From an uncultured Methanosarcinales archaeon (GTDB taxonomy: Archaea > Nanobdellota > Nanobdellia > Woesearchaeales > JACJVV01): a DNA stretch of 64,000 bases. Shown in pieces: positions 27,942 to 37,504 of this stretch. A program made the translations under genes and the position numbers. Numbering within the stretch: the stretch's first letter is position 1; each line of letters starts with the position of its first letter. The notes beneath the pieces were generated by a model. That model made no database searches. It was given only the letters and a program-made list of their open reading frames with translations, and had not been told where the DNA came from. Location of the stretch: positions 24,570 to 88,569 of the forward strand of contig CAZOOV010000008.1 of assembly GCA_964581515.1 (NCBI GenBank), in the 5' to 3' direction.

Positions 27942-28940
27942 ATGGACATCATGAAATACGATGTCAATCAAAAAAGTTTGTTGGAATTCCCTTATTCACT
28001 TGAAAATAAAGCAACATCTGGAACAAATAATAGAGAAAAAGAAGTAGAAGTAATTATTAATGGACTAAAAGAATATCTTGGTGTTGATGAATCATTGGAT
28101 CATGAGATATGGAAGTATATTAATCGATTAAGGTTGTGCTGTAAACAGTTTTTAACGCTTACATGTGATAATGGTTGTGGTAAGTATAAAGTTGGAATAG
28201 GTTGTAATTTAGCAGTATGTCCTGTGTGTGGTAAGAAACAGTACAAAAGGTTCATATCAAAATATAAGGATAACTTTAGAAGTTGGATGAATCCAAAACA
28301 TTTGACTTTAACATTAAAGAATTTAGATACAATAACAATAGAAGATTATAAAACGCTTTCTTATTGGTGGAAAAGGTTACGGCAAGAACTTAAAAGACAT
28401 GGTGACAAACATAACGTTAAGTATGAGTTTACTTATGGTATATGGGCATTTCATAATCATAACTATGGTAGAGGTTATCATTTACATTTACATATTGTCT
28501 TTGATGGTACAAGAATACCACAGCGTCTAATAAGTAGATTGTGGGAAAGGATTACTAAAGGTTCTAAAATTGTAGAAATACATGAGATAATAACAACTAA
28601 ACAGTTGAGTAAAGCAATTCAGTATGTTGGTAATTATGTAGTTAAGGGTGGTGGTAGTGAAGCTACTGTTCATACACTACTTGAAATGTTCTTTGCTAGT
28701 CGTAATGTGAGAAAATACAATACCTTTGGTAAGTTAAGGGTTGAGATGAAACGAGCTAAATTAACCTCTATCTGTCCTTTCTGTGGTGCTGTAATGGTAT
28801 TTGATGGTATTTTTATGAAATTTGAATTGGAGTTTACAAGAAAGCCATTCTTCAAGCCAATATTCAAACTGCGTCCAAAAACAGAAACACAGTTAAATAT
28901 CAACCACTTTACTTCAACTAATAATGCTGATAAAGCATAA
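27942..28940 (+). CDS. rep: rolling-circle replication initiator (HUH endonuclease Rep)
   Basis: Motif I FLTLT, CxxC...CxxC zinc finger, motif II HLHLHIVF (HUH), motif III YVGNYVVKG (Y-x3-Y...K), all in the canonical order. Confidence 0.7.
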   Translation: MDIMKYDVNQKSLLEFPYSLENKATSGTNNREKEVEVIINGLKEYLGVDESLDHEIWKYINRLRLCCKQFLTLTCDNGCGKYKVGIGCNLAVCPVCGKKQYKRFISKYKDNFRSWMNPKHLTLTLKNLDTITIEDYKTLSYWWKRLRQELKRHGDKHNVKYEFTYGIWAFHNHNYGRGYHLHLHIVFDGTRIPQRLISRLWERITKGSKIVEIHEIITTKQLSKAIQYVGNYVVKGGGSEATVHTLLEMFFASRNVRKYNTFGKLRVEMKRAKLTSICPFCGAVMVFDGIFMKFELEFTRKPFFKPIFKLRPKTETQLNINHFTSTNNADKA

Positions 28941-28973
28941 TCATGTTTCTTAATTCTTTCATAATGGTCGAGT

Positions 28974-28989
28974 GTCCGGGCGGGGCTAT
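28974..28989 (+). repeat. attR of element 1 (also attL of remnant islet): gtccgggcggggctat
   Basis: Exact 16/16 match to the tRNA 3' end at 22747-22762. Confidence 0.65.
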
Positions 28990-29081
28990 AGAGTATTTTG
29001 CGACCTTGAAGGGTTTTATGCCCTTTTTGGTTTTTTCTAAAAAACTTGTATTTTATAAGATATATATAAACATGGGCTGGC

Positions 29082-29852
29082 TTATCTTTTTCTTTTAATA
29101 ACTTTAGAAAACAACAATATTATGTTACGAACTAAAATAACTATAATATAGGAGTATATTGTATTAACTATAAAGAAGATTAACAATAAAGAAGGACTAA
29201 ATACCTGGAAGTCTCCAAAACCTCCTGTCAATAACTTGTATGGAAAGGCACTAGGGAAAAAAAGAAAGATTCCTAACCCACTATATAATTTCATAAGTTC
29301 ATATAGAAACGATCTGAAAGGTAATAAATAACCAAGAATTGGTGAAAAAACCCATATGACAAAAAATAAATTTAAAATAATAACTGAAATTATTGTACCT
29401 TTAGACAAATCTAATTTAATATATCTTTGGATAGCATAAATTATCGAACCAATAATTAAACCACCAATACCTAGAATCAACAGCAAGGGAAGGATTTGAT
29501 ATTTGATTACCATGGGAAGATTTGTGCTTAAGGTAAAACCTCGTGAACGAAACCAATGTAGGGTAAGGATAATGCATTCAAAAAAACCAATAATCAGATA
29601 AATTAAAAAAGGAGTTAGGCAAATACTTGTTATCTTAAAATATGTTGAAAAAGATCTGTAAGCTTTTAAAATATATTTGTAGTTAACTATTATTAAGATA
29701 ACACATAATATTACAATTCCTAAAGCTTCTGCAAAAAATTGTGTGCTTTGACTAATAATTGTAGTGAAATAATAGTAGACAATAAATAAAAATGAGATAA
29801 TTAAGATAAGTGAAATACTGGTACGAACAATAACTCCCTTTTTTTCTTCCAT
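29082..29852 (-). CDS. polytopic membrane protein (islet cargo)
   Basis: 256 aa, ~8 hydrophobic helices, basic C-terminus. Lies between the second and third att copies. Confidence 0.5.
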   Translation of the reverse strand: MEEKKGVIVRTSISLILIISFLFIVYYYFTTIISQSTQFFAEALGIVILCVILIIVNYKYILKAYRSFSTYFKITSICLTPFLIYLIIGFFECIILTLHWFRSRGFTLSTNLPMVIKYQILPLLLILGIGGLIIGSIIYAIQRYIKLDLSKGTIISVIILNLFFVIWVFSPILGYLLPFRSFLYELMKLYSGLGIFLFFPSAFPYKLLTGGFGDFQVFSPSLLLIFFIVNTIYSYIIVILVRNIILLFSKVIKRKR

Positions 29853-29949
29853 ATGAATTAATTTATCTTGATAATTTAAATCTTTTATCCTTTTTTAGAA
29901 ATATAGCAGTTATATTATATCCCTTAAACCTTTCAAAAACCCATTAACA

Positions 29950-29960
29950 GGGCGGGGCTA
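29950..29960 (+). repeat. third partial att copy gggcggggcta
   Basis: 11/11 identical to the tRNA 3' end; delimits a ~1-kb tandem remnant islet (28990-29960). Confidence 0.5.
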
Positions 29961-30033
29961 CTTCTTTTCTTAATAATATGGTTATCATCATCATTATGGC
30001 AATTTTTATAACTGCAAGAATAATCTTCTATTC

Positions 30034-30825
30034 ATGCTAATGATTAATTGGCCTTTGGTCTTGTTTACAACAGTTGCACTTTATGCTCTGACAATATTAT
30101 TATTGCCTTTCAATGCTATATATGCAACAATATTTTTGTTTGCAATAATATCATTTTGGAGCAGACTTCCTGGTGTAGGAATACCTCATCCTTTATTCAT
30201 ACTTTATAATACAGATTTTGTCGATTTGTTTGCTCTTTTGCTTGCTGTAAATCTAGGTCCTCATTGGGGTATAACAATGGTAGTATTCGGCAATATCTGG
30301 TCAAGGGTTTGTGGCGTACATCCTGAATGGGGCGCCGTAGTCAGTGACACGCTTTCCTTGTCAACAGCATGTCTATTCATGCCTTTTGTCCATCCTATGT
30401 TAGGTAGTGATATCTTATATTCGATGTTTGCTTTTACAGCTATTAGATGGGTCTTTTGGCAGATCTATGATGTTTTTGTCTGGCCTCAAGTTTGGGCAAA
30501 TATATGGCATAAGGTAGCACTTACACTTATCGGCACTCCTGTTATCTTCATAATCAATGGCTTTTATGCTTCTGTTTTTGGAGATTTCTTTGATAAGCTA
30601 CTTGAGAAAGGTGTTCAATTCAATTGGATACTTTTCTTTTTTGTTACAGCTATAATCACTATCTTTTATGTTTCTGTATTTGGATTTTCAAAAAGCCATT
30701 CAAAAGCAGTCAAGAAGACTGTTAGGCGTGTGATTAAAAATAGGATTAAGAAAAAGAAAGAAGTTGGTAGGAGTAGTGAGAATACTGAGCTTGATGATAT
30801 GAGAAGGATACAAAATAATATTTAA
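30034..30825 (+). CDS. polytopic membrane protein, paralog A (unknown family, WSRxPGVG motif)
   Basis: 263 aa, ~8 TM, basic tail. Full-length similarity to 39719..40519 (NWP...LYxLTIxxLPF..YATIFLFAxIxFWSRxPGVG...). Confidence 0.6.
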   Translation: MLMINWPLVLFTTVALYALTILLLPFNAIYATIFLFAIISFWSRLPGVGIPHPLFILYNTDFVDLFALLLAVNLGPHWGITMVVFGNIWSRVCGVHPEWGAVVSDTLSLSTACLFMPFVHPMLGSDILYSMFAFTAIRWVFWQIYDVFVWPQVWANIWHKVALTLIGTPVIFIINGFYASVFGDFFDKLLEKGVQFNWILFFFVTAIITIFYVSVFGFSKSHSKAVKKTVRRVIKNRIKKKKEVGRSSENTELDDMRRIQNNI

Positions 30826-30852
30826 TGTGTTTGTTTTAATCAGAATATTTAT

Positions 30853-31572
30853 TTATCTGACTTCTTTCCATTCCTTGGAATATGATCTCTTGAAGAAGAG
30901 ATTATACCAATAGTTAAGGAAGTATACCCAAAATATCTTAATATAACCTTCTTTTCGAAATCTTCTTGGAGATCCATAAATTGTGACATCATGGAAAAAC
31001 TTTATCTTGCCGACTTTCTTTAGTCTTGCAAATAAATCATAATCTTCTCCTGCATTGAATTTCTCATTATATCCACCTATCTTTTTGAAAGTACTTTTTC
31101 TGAAGATCTGGCACTCTCCTCTTGCTGCTGATGAGCCAAATAAAGTGAGAATCTTAATTACAATATCTAATATGAACTGTGCAATCCTATCTGACCATAT
31201 TAATTCTTCAGGATATATCTTGACATTTGCTGTTGCTCCTACAATTTTCTTGTCTTCAAATGCTTCATTGATTCTCTTAAAGATTTTACCATCTTTGCCA
31301 ATCCTTATATCAGCATCAAATTGTACTATTATATCACCTTTAGCTGCATATGCTCCTGCATTTCTTCCTTGAGGAATATTTTGTCTTGTCTTCTTTTTGT
31401 GGACTACGACTGTATCAGCATATTTTTTGGCTATTTTAATGGTAGCATCACTGCTGCCTGCATCAGAAACAATAACTTCTAGATTGAATTTCTTTTTTAA
31501 TGTCTTGAATTGTTTAAGAGTACGTCCTATACATTTCTCTTCATTCTTTGTTGGTAAGACGACGCTTATCAT
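30853..31572 (-). CDS. family 2 glycosyltransferase (Dpm1/dolichyl-phosphate sugar synthase-like)
   Basis: VVLPTKNEE...VIVSDAGSSDAT...QFDADI (DxD)...AGEDYDL; GT-A fold signature; 239 aa. Confidence 0.8.
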   Translation of the reverse strand: MISVVLPTKNEEKCIGRTLKQFKTLKKKFNLEVIVSDAGSSDATIKIAKKYADTVVVHKKKTRQNIPQGRNAGAYAAKGDIIVQFDADIRIGKDGKIFKRINEAFEDKKIVGATANVKIYPEELIWSDRIAQFILDIVIKILTLFGSSAARGECQIFRKSTFKKIGGYNEKFNAGEDYDLFARLKKVGKIKFFHDVTIYGSPRRFRKEGYIKIFWVYFLNYWYNLFFKRSYSKEWKEVR

Positions 31573-31575
31573 GCT

Positions 31576-32016
31576 TTATCTCCATAAGAAATACCATGAA
31601 AGGAGTGAAATAACTATTCCTACGATATAAAATAATGGTATAGCAAGTTTTCCGCACTTAAGCCAAGGATACCAAGTTACATGTTTAGGATTCCACCACT
31701 TTATGCTGAATTTAGGATTTACTAAGAACCATCCGAAATCTTCTACAATAACGCCTGAAGAATATGCACTTAGTACTATACCAAACAATCTCCAATCAAA
31801 TCCAAATATTATGAAAGGCAATGTCATAAGTACTGGGTACATGATAAAGAATAACCAGAAATGGTACGCTGTCAGAACTGTGTAATTACCTATTTTAAGT
31901 TTCCATCCTAATTTTCCTTTGTCCCAAGGATGATTGCCTTCTACATATGCTTCCCAAAAAGAAGTGGCAATCATGGCTAGATAGACCCAACCAAAAGTTA
32001 AGTAGATATTTATCAT
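31576..32016 (-). CDS. small 4-TM membrane protein co-transcribed with the GT2 gene
   Basis: 146 aa, Trp-rich, 4 hydrophobic segments; 4-nt gap to GT2 start. Possible GtrA-like partner (inference). Confidence 0.45.
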   Translation of the reverse strand: MINIYLTFGWVYLAMIATSFWEAYVEGNHPWDKGKLGWKLKIGNYTVLTAYHFWLFFIMYPVLMTLPFIIFGFDWRLFGIVLSAYSSGVIVEDFGWFLVNPKFSIKWWNPKHVTWYPWLKCGKLAIPLFYIVGIVISLLSWYFLWR

Positions 32017-32114
32017 ATTTTAATTTTAGATTGTTTTGTTTATAAAAGTTTGTATAAGATTTGATTGAAATCTATTATCAAAATCTATTTAAATACAAGA
32101 ATTCTGGAAATCAT

Positions 32115-33404
32115 ATGCGAATCATATTTGGAGTGAACAGTGAAGGCATGGGACATGCTACAAGGAGCTGTGGTGTAATAGATTATCTTTTGAAGAAAGG
32201 CCATGAAGTCCATATCTTTACTAGCGATCGTGCTTATGACTACCTTTCAAAGAAATTTAAGAATATATATAGAGTAAAGGGTTTTCATGTAATTTATCAT
32301 AATGATTCTGTTCGTAATTTTCATTCAGCAGTATTTTTGCTTAAAACGCTTGATAAGGATCTTGTTACAACATATCATTTTCTTAAAGAATCTATTAACA
32401 AGATTAAACCTCATGTGATAATATCAGATTTTGAAAGCCTTACAGCTTTTATGGGGAAAAAAGCAGGAATACCAGTAATCTCATGTAATAATATCTCAAT
32501 CATAAATAGGACTAATATCGATATGAGGCTTCTTATAAAATTATATCCTAAATTATTTAATTTTACAGCAGAAATACTTCAGACTTTTGATTCAGATTAT
32601 TATTTTATTCCGACTTTCTTTTATCCTGAAGTTAAATATCACAATGTGTTCTTGACTGACCCAGTAGTCAGAAAGGAAATATGTAAACTTCGTCCAAAAT
32701 ATGGTAATCATATTCTTGTATATCAGACTTCTTCAACTAATGTAAGGCTTCTTAATTTACTTAAAAAGATAAAAGATGAGAAGTTTATTGTTTATGGTTA
32801 TGGGAAAAGAAAGACTGATAAGAATTTGATATTCCACGAATTTAATGAGACAAAGTTCCTAATTCATTTTGCAAATGCGAAAGCAGTATTCATGGGTGGG
32901 AGTTTTTCTTTGCTTTCAGAAGCATTATATCTTAAAAAACCAATTGTCAGTGTTCCTTTAAGAATGCACTTTGAGCAGATGGTTAATGCATTTTATGTTG
33001 AGAAGTGCGGTTATGGAAAATATCATGAGGTTTTATCTGAAAAGAATGTTTATGATTTTCTTGAGAATATTGATGTATATAAGAATAATCTTAAGAAATA
33101 TAATTTTAGTCCAACACAATTTTCTGAGAAGATTGAAGCAATGGTCAGGATTATCGGAAAAGAACCAGATGAGAAGAATATCCGTAAATTGTACAAATAT
33201 ACTGCTATCAAAAGGATGATACTTCTTTCTTTGGTTGCTACAATGTTCCAGGCACAGCTTAGAGGAGCAAAAGACATACTTAAGACAAATCCGCTTAAGG
33301 TACTTAAAATGGATTATAAGCCATTATCACATTTAACAGGTTACCCAAGAAAAGTTTATAAAAACATCTCTAACTTTATTGTTAATGATAAAAAGAAGAA
33401 ATAG
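32115..33404 (+). CDS. GT-B-fold glycosyltransferase, MJ1255/TIGR00661-like
   Basis: N-terminal MRIIFGVNSEGMGHATRS (G-x-G-H-x-x-R glycine loop of MurG/UGT-like GT-B enzymes). ORF extends to 32061; start placed at internal Met. Confidence 0.5.
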   Translation: MRIIFGVNSEGMGHATRSCGVIDYLLKKGHEVHIFTSDRAYDYLSKKFKNIYRVKGFHVIYHNDSVRNFHSAVFLLKTLDKDLVTTYHFLKESINKIKPHVIISDFESLTAFMGKKAGIPVISCNNISIINRTNIDMRLLIKLYPKLFNFTAEILQTFDSDYYFIPTFFYPEVKYHNVFLTDPVVRKEICKLRPKYGNHILVYQTSSTNVRLLNLLKKIKDEKFIVYGYGKRKTDKNLIFHEFNETKFLIHFANAKAVFMGGSFSLLSEALYLKKPIVSVPLRMHFEQMVNAFYVEKCGYGKYHEVLSEKNVYDFLENIDVYKNNLKKYNFSPTQFSEKIEAMVRIIGKEPDEKNIRKLYKYTAIKRMILLSLVATMFQAQLRGAKDILKTNPLKVLKMDYKPLSHLTGYPRKVYKNISNFIVNDKKKK

Positions 33405-33599
33405 GTTCTTAAATGCCTTATCTAAGTTCTTGTTATTCTCAGCATATATACATTTTATCTTATTAGTTTCATATACATTTTATCATATGGATTTTATGTC
33501 TATGAATTATTTCAATATATTAGATTTAGAATTTTTATTCCCATCAATCTTAGAAGGTTTAAGGATGCAGATACTTGCTGGATTGATTGCAGTTTTTAT

Positions 33600-33878
33600 C
33601 TATGTCCTTTTTTTCTTTGATTTCTTCTGAGATGATTTTGAAGAATTATTTCTTGAATCTTTTGACTTGTTTTTTTCTACATTCTCTAGTCTATAGTGTA
33701 ATTTTAGGAGTTCAGCATATAATAATCCTATTACACATAGAAGGAAACTCTCAGCAAGAGTCGTAAAATGGATTACATAAGCATATATTGCAACTAATAT
33801 ATGTCCTGCAGCTATAATGAGTGTGAATGCTTTTCTTTTAGGCGGTAGTGCTTGAAAATGTTTGTCTATTATGTCCAT
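33600..33878 (-). CDS. small 2-TM protein with Lys/Ser-rich tail
   Basis: 92-aa ORF downstream of dus on the same strand. Confidence 0.3.
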   Translation of the reverse strand: MDIIDKHFQALPPKRKAFTLIIAAGHILVAIYAYVIHFTTLAESFLLCVIGLLYAELLKLHYRLENVEKNKSKDSRNNSSKSSQKKSKKKRT

Positions 33879-33913
33879 TTTATTATCCTCTTTTTTTAGC
33901 TTAATCTTATATT

Positions 33914-34861
33914 TTATTTGATTATAGTTCTTATCTCTTTTATTGTTTTTGCTTTTCTGATTAATTTTTTAGCTGCTGGAGCTCCTTTTGTCTGATGCAA
34001 AAGCCAGATGCAATGATCCTTTATTTCATTGAGCGATTCTCTATTCTCATATCTTATATAGAAGTCTATGAAACCCTTTATCAGTTTTTTAGGGTTTTTT
34101 GTGTCTTTACTAAATTCGCCCTTGCTTTTGCCGTTATCAAGGAGGAAGTTTGTGTATTCGAAGATCTCTGGATTTCTCATTGCCGCTCTTCCTATCATGA
34201 CAGCATCGCATCCTGTTCTTTCTATCATTGATTTTGCATGACCTGGCAGAGTTATGTCTCCATTTCCAATAACTGGTATTGAAACATTATCTTTTATCTC
34301 TTTGATTATATTTATATCTGCTTTTCCGCCGTAATGTTCTTCTGCAGTCCTTGGATGTACTGAGATTGCTGATATCCCTTCTTTTTCTAGAATCTTTGCA
34401 ACTTCTAATGCGTTTATGTTATTATTCCATCCTGAGCGAATTTTTGCAGTGACTGGTTTTTTTGTAGCTGATACACATGTTTTTGCTATTTTTGCTATAT
34501 GTTCACGTGATTTCATTAGATAACTTCCTGCTTTTTTCTCTAGAAATTCATCTTCTGGACAGCCAAAGTTTATGTCAATGATATCAACATATTTTTCTGC
34601 TATCTCGACTGCTGTTTTCCAATCATCTTTTACAGAGCCAATCAGTTGTAGTGCAATTGGTGACTCTTCTTCTTTTATATTGAGAAATTCTGTTAAGGAA
34701 CCATCATGATGCTTCTCTATAATTGTTTCTACCTCATACATCTGTGTGAAAAGAAGCCCAACATTGTATTTTCTGCATAAGAACCTAAATGATGTACAGT
34801 TCACTCCTGCCATAGGTGCAAGCACTGTCTTGTTCTCTATGTTAATATTTTTTATTTTCAT
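33914..34861 (-). CDS. dus: tRNA-dihydrouridine synthase (Dus)
   Basis: VLAPMAGVNCTSFRFLCRKYNVGLLFTQM..., the INFGCP catalytic-Cys region, and a TIM-barrel FMN pattern; 315 aa. Confidence 0.85.
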   Translation of the reverse strand: MKIKNINIENKTVLAPMAGVNCTSFRFLCRKYNVGLLFTQMYEVETIIEKHHDGSLTEFLNIKEEESPIALQLIGSVKDDWKTAVEIAEKYVDIIDINFGCPEDEFLEKKAGSYLMKSREHIAKIAKTCVSATKKPVTAKIRSGWNNNINALEVAKILEKEGISAISVHPRTAEEHYGGKADINIIKEIKDNVSIPVIGNGDITLPGHAKSMIERTGCDAVMIGRAAMRNPEIFEYTNFLLDNGKSKGEFSKDTKNPKKLIKGFIDFYIRYENRESLNEIKDHCIWLLHQTKGAPAAKKLIRKAKTIKEIRTIIK

Positions 34862-34895
34862 TAAGAATCAGTCCTTGATATTATTATTGTTATTA

Positions 34896-35285
34896 TTATT
34901 TATTGAAATTTTTTAGTTTTGTCTGGAGCTTTTTATGTAACTTGACTATTTTTGGACTATGGATGTGCTGAATTATGTCAAGATATTCTCCTACACTCTT
35001 ATTTATGTCATTAAATATCTTGAATCCTTTTTTTGTGAAGCTGAGTTCCTTATTCTTGTATTTTATATATTTCTTTTTTTCTAATGATTCAAGATTCTTG
35101 TATAATGCTCTTGATTTCTTATGTGCAGATTTTGAAGATATCAGAATATCTATAAAGACGCTCTTTGATATCGTAACTGCTAATGGTTTATTTGTGAATC
35201 GATTACTGAAGCGTCTATAACATTGTCCTAATGAGTACAATACGAATATTTCTGGTTTTGATAGTGTAGACTGCTTCTCAGTCAT
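34896..35285 (-). CDS. hypothetical basic protein (possible winged-helix)
   Basis: 129 aa, K-rich. Confidence 0.4.
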   Translation of the reverse strand: MTEKQSTLSKPEIFVLYSLGQCYRRFSNRFTNKPLAVTISKSVFIDILISSKSAHKKSRALYKNLESLEKKKYIKYKNKELSFTKKGFKIFNDINKSVGEYLDIIQHIHSPKIVKLHKKLQTKLKNFNK

Positions 35286-35374
35286 TTTACCTCTTGTTTT
35301 ATAGGATTTATTGACTAGAATATATATAATTTACTGTGTCTTTAGGTTCATTGCTTAAGAATTGTTTAAGAATT

Positions 35375-35713
35375 TTATTTGTGATGCATATAACCTGGAA
35401 GAGTCTTTGCTGTTAGTGCTTGTCCTGCCCTGAATCCATATCCCAGAAATTGTCCAGGTAAAGATAGTACATATATGCATGTTCCTTCAACTGGCCCATG
35501 CACTTCTTTATCTGTTCTGAACATCTGTACTGCACTGTTTTTGACAGCGGTTCCCATATTGCTTGTAGTATACCCATAGTAGAAATCAAATTCTTTAACA
35601 GCATTTACTGCTCTTATCCCATTCAAAGCGATGAATGTAGAAGCCAATAATCCGCATAAGGTCCTTATTGCTCTTTTTTCTGTTTTTGTTTTAGCGGGTT
35701 TTGATTCATTCAT
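35375..35713 (-). CDS. small secreted protein
   Basis: Signal-like N-terminus (LCGLLASTFIALNGIRAVNA). 4-nt overlap with the upstream 562-aa gene. Confidence 0.4.
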   Translation of the reverse strand: MNESKPAKTKTEKRAIRTLCGLLASTFIALNGIRAVNAVKEFDFYYGYTTSNMGTAVKNSAVQMFRTDKEVHGPVEGTCIYVLSLPGQFLGYGFRAGQALTAKTLPGYMHHK

Positions 35714-37398
35714 ATTTTATCCCTTGGTGGTCTATCTTTGCCTTGATATTCATTTTTGTTATCTTTATTTGTCATTGTTTCTAATTTATATATTCCTTTA
35801 TTGATCTGATCGACAATCCTATCTCTCCATGTAGGCTTATAATCAGACTTTGGTTCTTCATATTTTTGTTCTGGCTCTTCTTGTTTAGGTTCATCTTTCA
35901 TTGTTGTTGTGTGGATCATGCTGCTGAATCTGCTTTTTTTTGGTCTGTCCCATGAATATGTCTCTTGTCTTCCTCTAAGCCATTCATCCCTGTCGCTGTT
36001 TCTTGATTTTCTTTTTTCTTTATACCAATTGAAGTTGTTACCTAACCTGTCAAGTCCGAAGCCTGCTGCTCCACCGACAAGTAAACCAAGTACGCCGTAA
36101 ATCGCGACCATCCATCCTCTGTATTTTTCCATGGTAAATCCTCCATGGAAGCTTTTTTCATATAAATCAATTACAGTATCCCTTATTTCATATGCTTGTT
36201 TTTTTATTTCGCCTTTATCTTCTACTCTTCCATATAAGACATCATCTACATACTTGTCAATCTTCGCTTTTAGACCTGGAATTCTTCCTTGAGCATATTG
36301 GATCGGTTGGATCGCGTCTCTTAATGATTTCTCTAATGATTGACCGTGTGCAAGTGCTGATTCAGCTAATTGGAATTCTCTAGGTCCAGAATGACTTCTG
36401 CTTGTTGTATTATAATGAACTGTTTTAGCAGTTGCTTTTGCTGCTCTCCATTTAGGAGCATCTTTTTTCATAGTAGCCAATGGATCTCTGAATGTACCTC
36501 TGTTTCTGTGCAGGTTTGATCCAAATCTCCATGTATTTGCAATCCTTACGATATCAGCTTCAGTCATTTCTTCTATATCTTTTTCTTTCTCTCTGCTTTC
36601 CATGATTGCGTCTCTGTTCTCTTCTCCTACTTTTGCAGCCATCATCATGTTAATATTTATTGAAAGATCCTTAAATTGCGCTACTAATGCATCTAAACTT
36701 TGAGAAGCAGCTTCTCCTGCTTTCTTGTGATATGTGAAATAATGATCTGTATCGTCATATACATCTACCCAATATGTTTCAGTAGAATAAGTTGTATTTC
36801 CTTTACTGTCTGTATGAGATACCTGTCTTGTACGCATCTCTGAATGATAATTATCATCATGTTTTTCATCCCATGATCTTGCAAAATTACCATTTACTCC
36901 TCTTATTCCATTAGCGACTTGGCTGAATGGTGCTAATTCTTTAAGCGCAGCTTGTGCGTCTAGTGGGACTGTCTCTAAGAAGTCTGCAAGATTATGTCTT
37001 GGAGTTATTGTCTTGAATCCATATGTATACTCATGTGAAGACATCCTGTTGTGGAGTCTTGTAGCAAAGTTTTCATAAGCCTCTCCAGCTGATTTTGAGA
37101 ATGCGAATGAATGGTTCCATGTTTCAAGAACTTTCATTATTGTGTCATTAAGTCCTGCATGATATAGTGTGAAAGAATCTACTTCTTTTTCCTGAGCTGC
37201 TGCATTGTCTTTTATCTGGCTGATCTCTGAGAAGCCGAGTTTGAATATCTTGTCTCTGTTGTATTCCCATCTCTGACCAAGACCTGTCATCATAGCAGCG
37301 CTTAGAAGTCCAACTACTGCTATTTCAGCAGGAGTTTCTCTAAAAAGCCATTTCATTCCTTTTAAAGATTTCAGGTAAGCATTGCTAATTTTGCTCAT
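35710..37398 (-). CDS. large hypothetical membrane protein (2 TM)
   Basis: 562 aa; TM near N-terminus and at ~430 (WMVAIYGVLGLLVGGAAGFGL); charged C-terminal tail. No known domain. Confidence 0.55.
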   Translation of the reverse strand: MSKISNAYLKSLKGMKWLFRETPAEIAVVGLLSAAMMTGLGQRWEYNRDKIFKLGFSEISQIKDNAAAQEKEVDSFTLYHAGLNDTIMKVLETWNHSFAFSKSAGEAYENFATRLHNRMSSHEYTYGFKTITPRHNLADFLETVPLDAQAALKELAPFSQVANGIRGVNGNFARSWDEKHDDNYHSEMRTRQVSHTDSKGNTTYSTETYWVDVYDDTDHYFTYHKKAGEAASQSLDALVAQFKDLSININMMMAAKVGEENRDAIMESREKEKDIEEMTEADIVRIANTWRFGSNLHRNRGTFRDPLATMKKDAPKWRAAKATAKTVHYNTTSRSHSGPREFQLAESALAHGQSLEKSLRDAIQPIQYAQGRIPGLKAKIDKYVDDVLYGRVEDKGEIKKQAYEIRDTVIDLYEKSFHGGFTMEKYRGWMVAIYGVLGLLVGGAAGFGLDRLGNNFNWYKEKRKSRNSDRDEWLRGRQETYSWDRPKKSRFSSMIHTTTMKDEPKQEEPEQKYEEPKSDYKPTWRDRIVDQINKGIYKLETMTNKDNKNEYQGKDRPPRDKI

Positions 37399-37504
37399 AT
37401 AAAGGGAAAGTGATTATTTGTTTATAAATGTTATAGTTTTAACTACTAGTAAGTGGTTACAAAACGAAAACTTTATAAATAGAAGGAATCTGCTAGTGTG
37501 TATG
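37399..37504. promoter_or_regulatory. compact bidirectional promoter with two palindromic TTTATAAA boxes
   Basis: tttataaat at ~37432-37440 and ~37467-37475 (self-complementary TATA-like), each ~25-35 nt from the divergent ATGs at 37398 (minus) and 37505 (plus). Confidence 0.35.

Larger units (their letters stand above)
22762..28989 (+). mobile_element. ~6.2-kb integrated element (integrative plasmid or provirus-like) inserted at the tRNA 3' end
   Basis: Bounded by 16-nt direct repeats (attL 22747-22762, attR 28974-28989). Encodes a tyrosine integrase next to attL, two secreted/membrane cargo proteins, a structured non-coding region, and an HUH rolling-circle Rep. Confidence 0.65.

Noticed and set aside
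22747-29960. Three copies of gggcggggcta considered as a possible CRISPR-like or tandem repeat array
   Set aside because: Spacing is 6.2 kb and 1 kb with genes between, and the first copy is the tRNA 3' end, so these are att direct repeats of integration events. No regularly spaced short repeats (CRISPR) seen anywhere in the window.
33379-33630. 83-aa plus-strand ORF after the GT-B gene
   Set aside because: Overlaps the GT-B 3' end and the minus-strand 92-aa ORF; no start signal; likely spurious.
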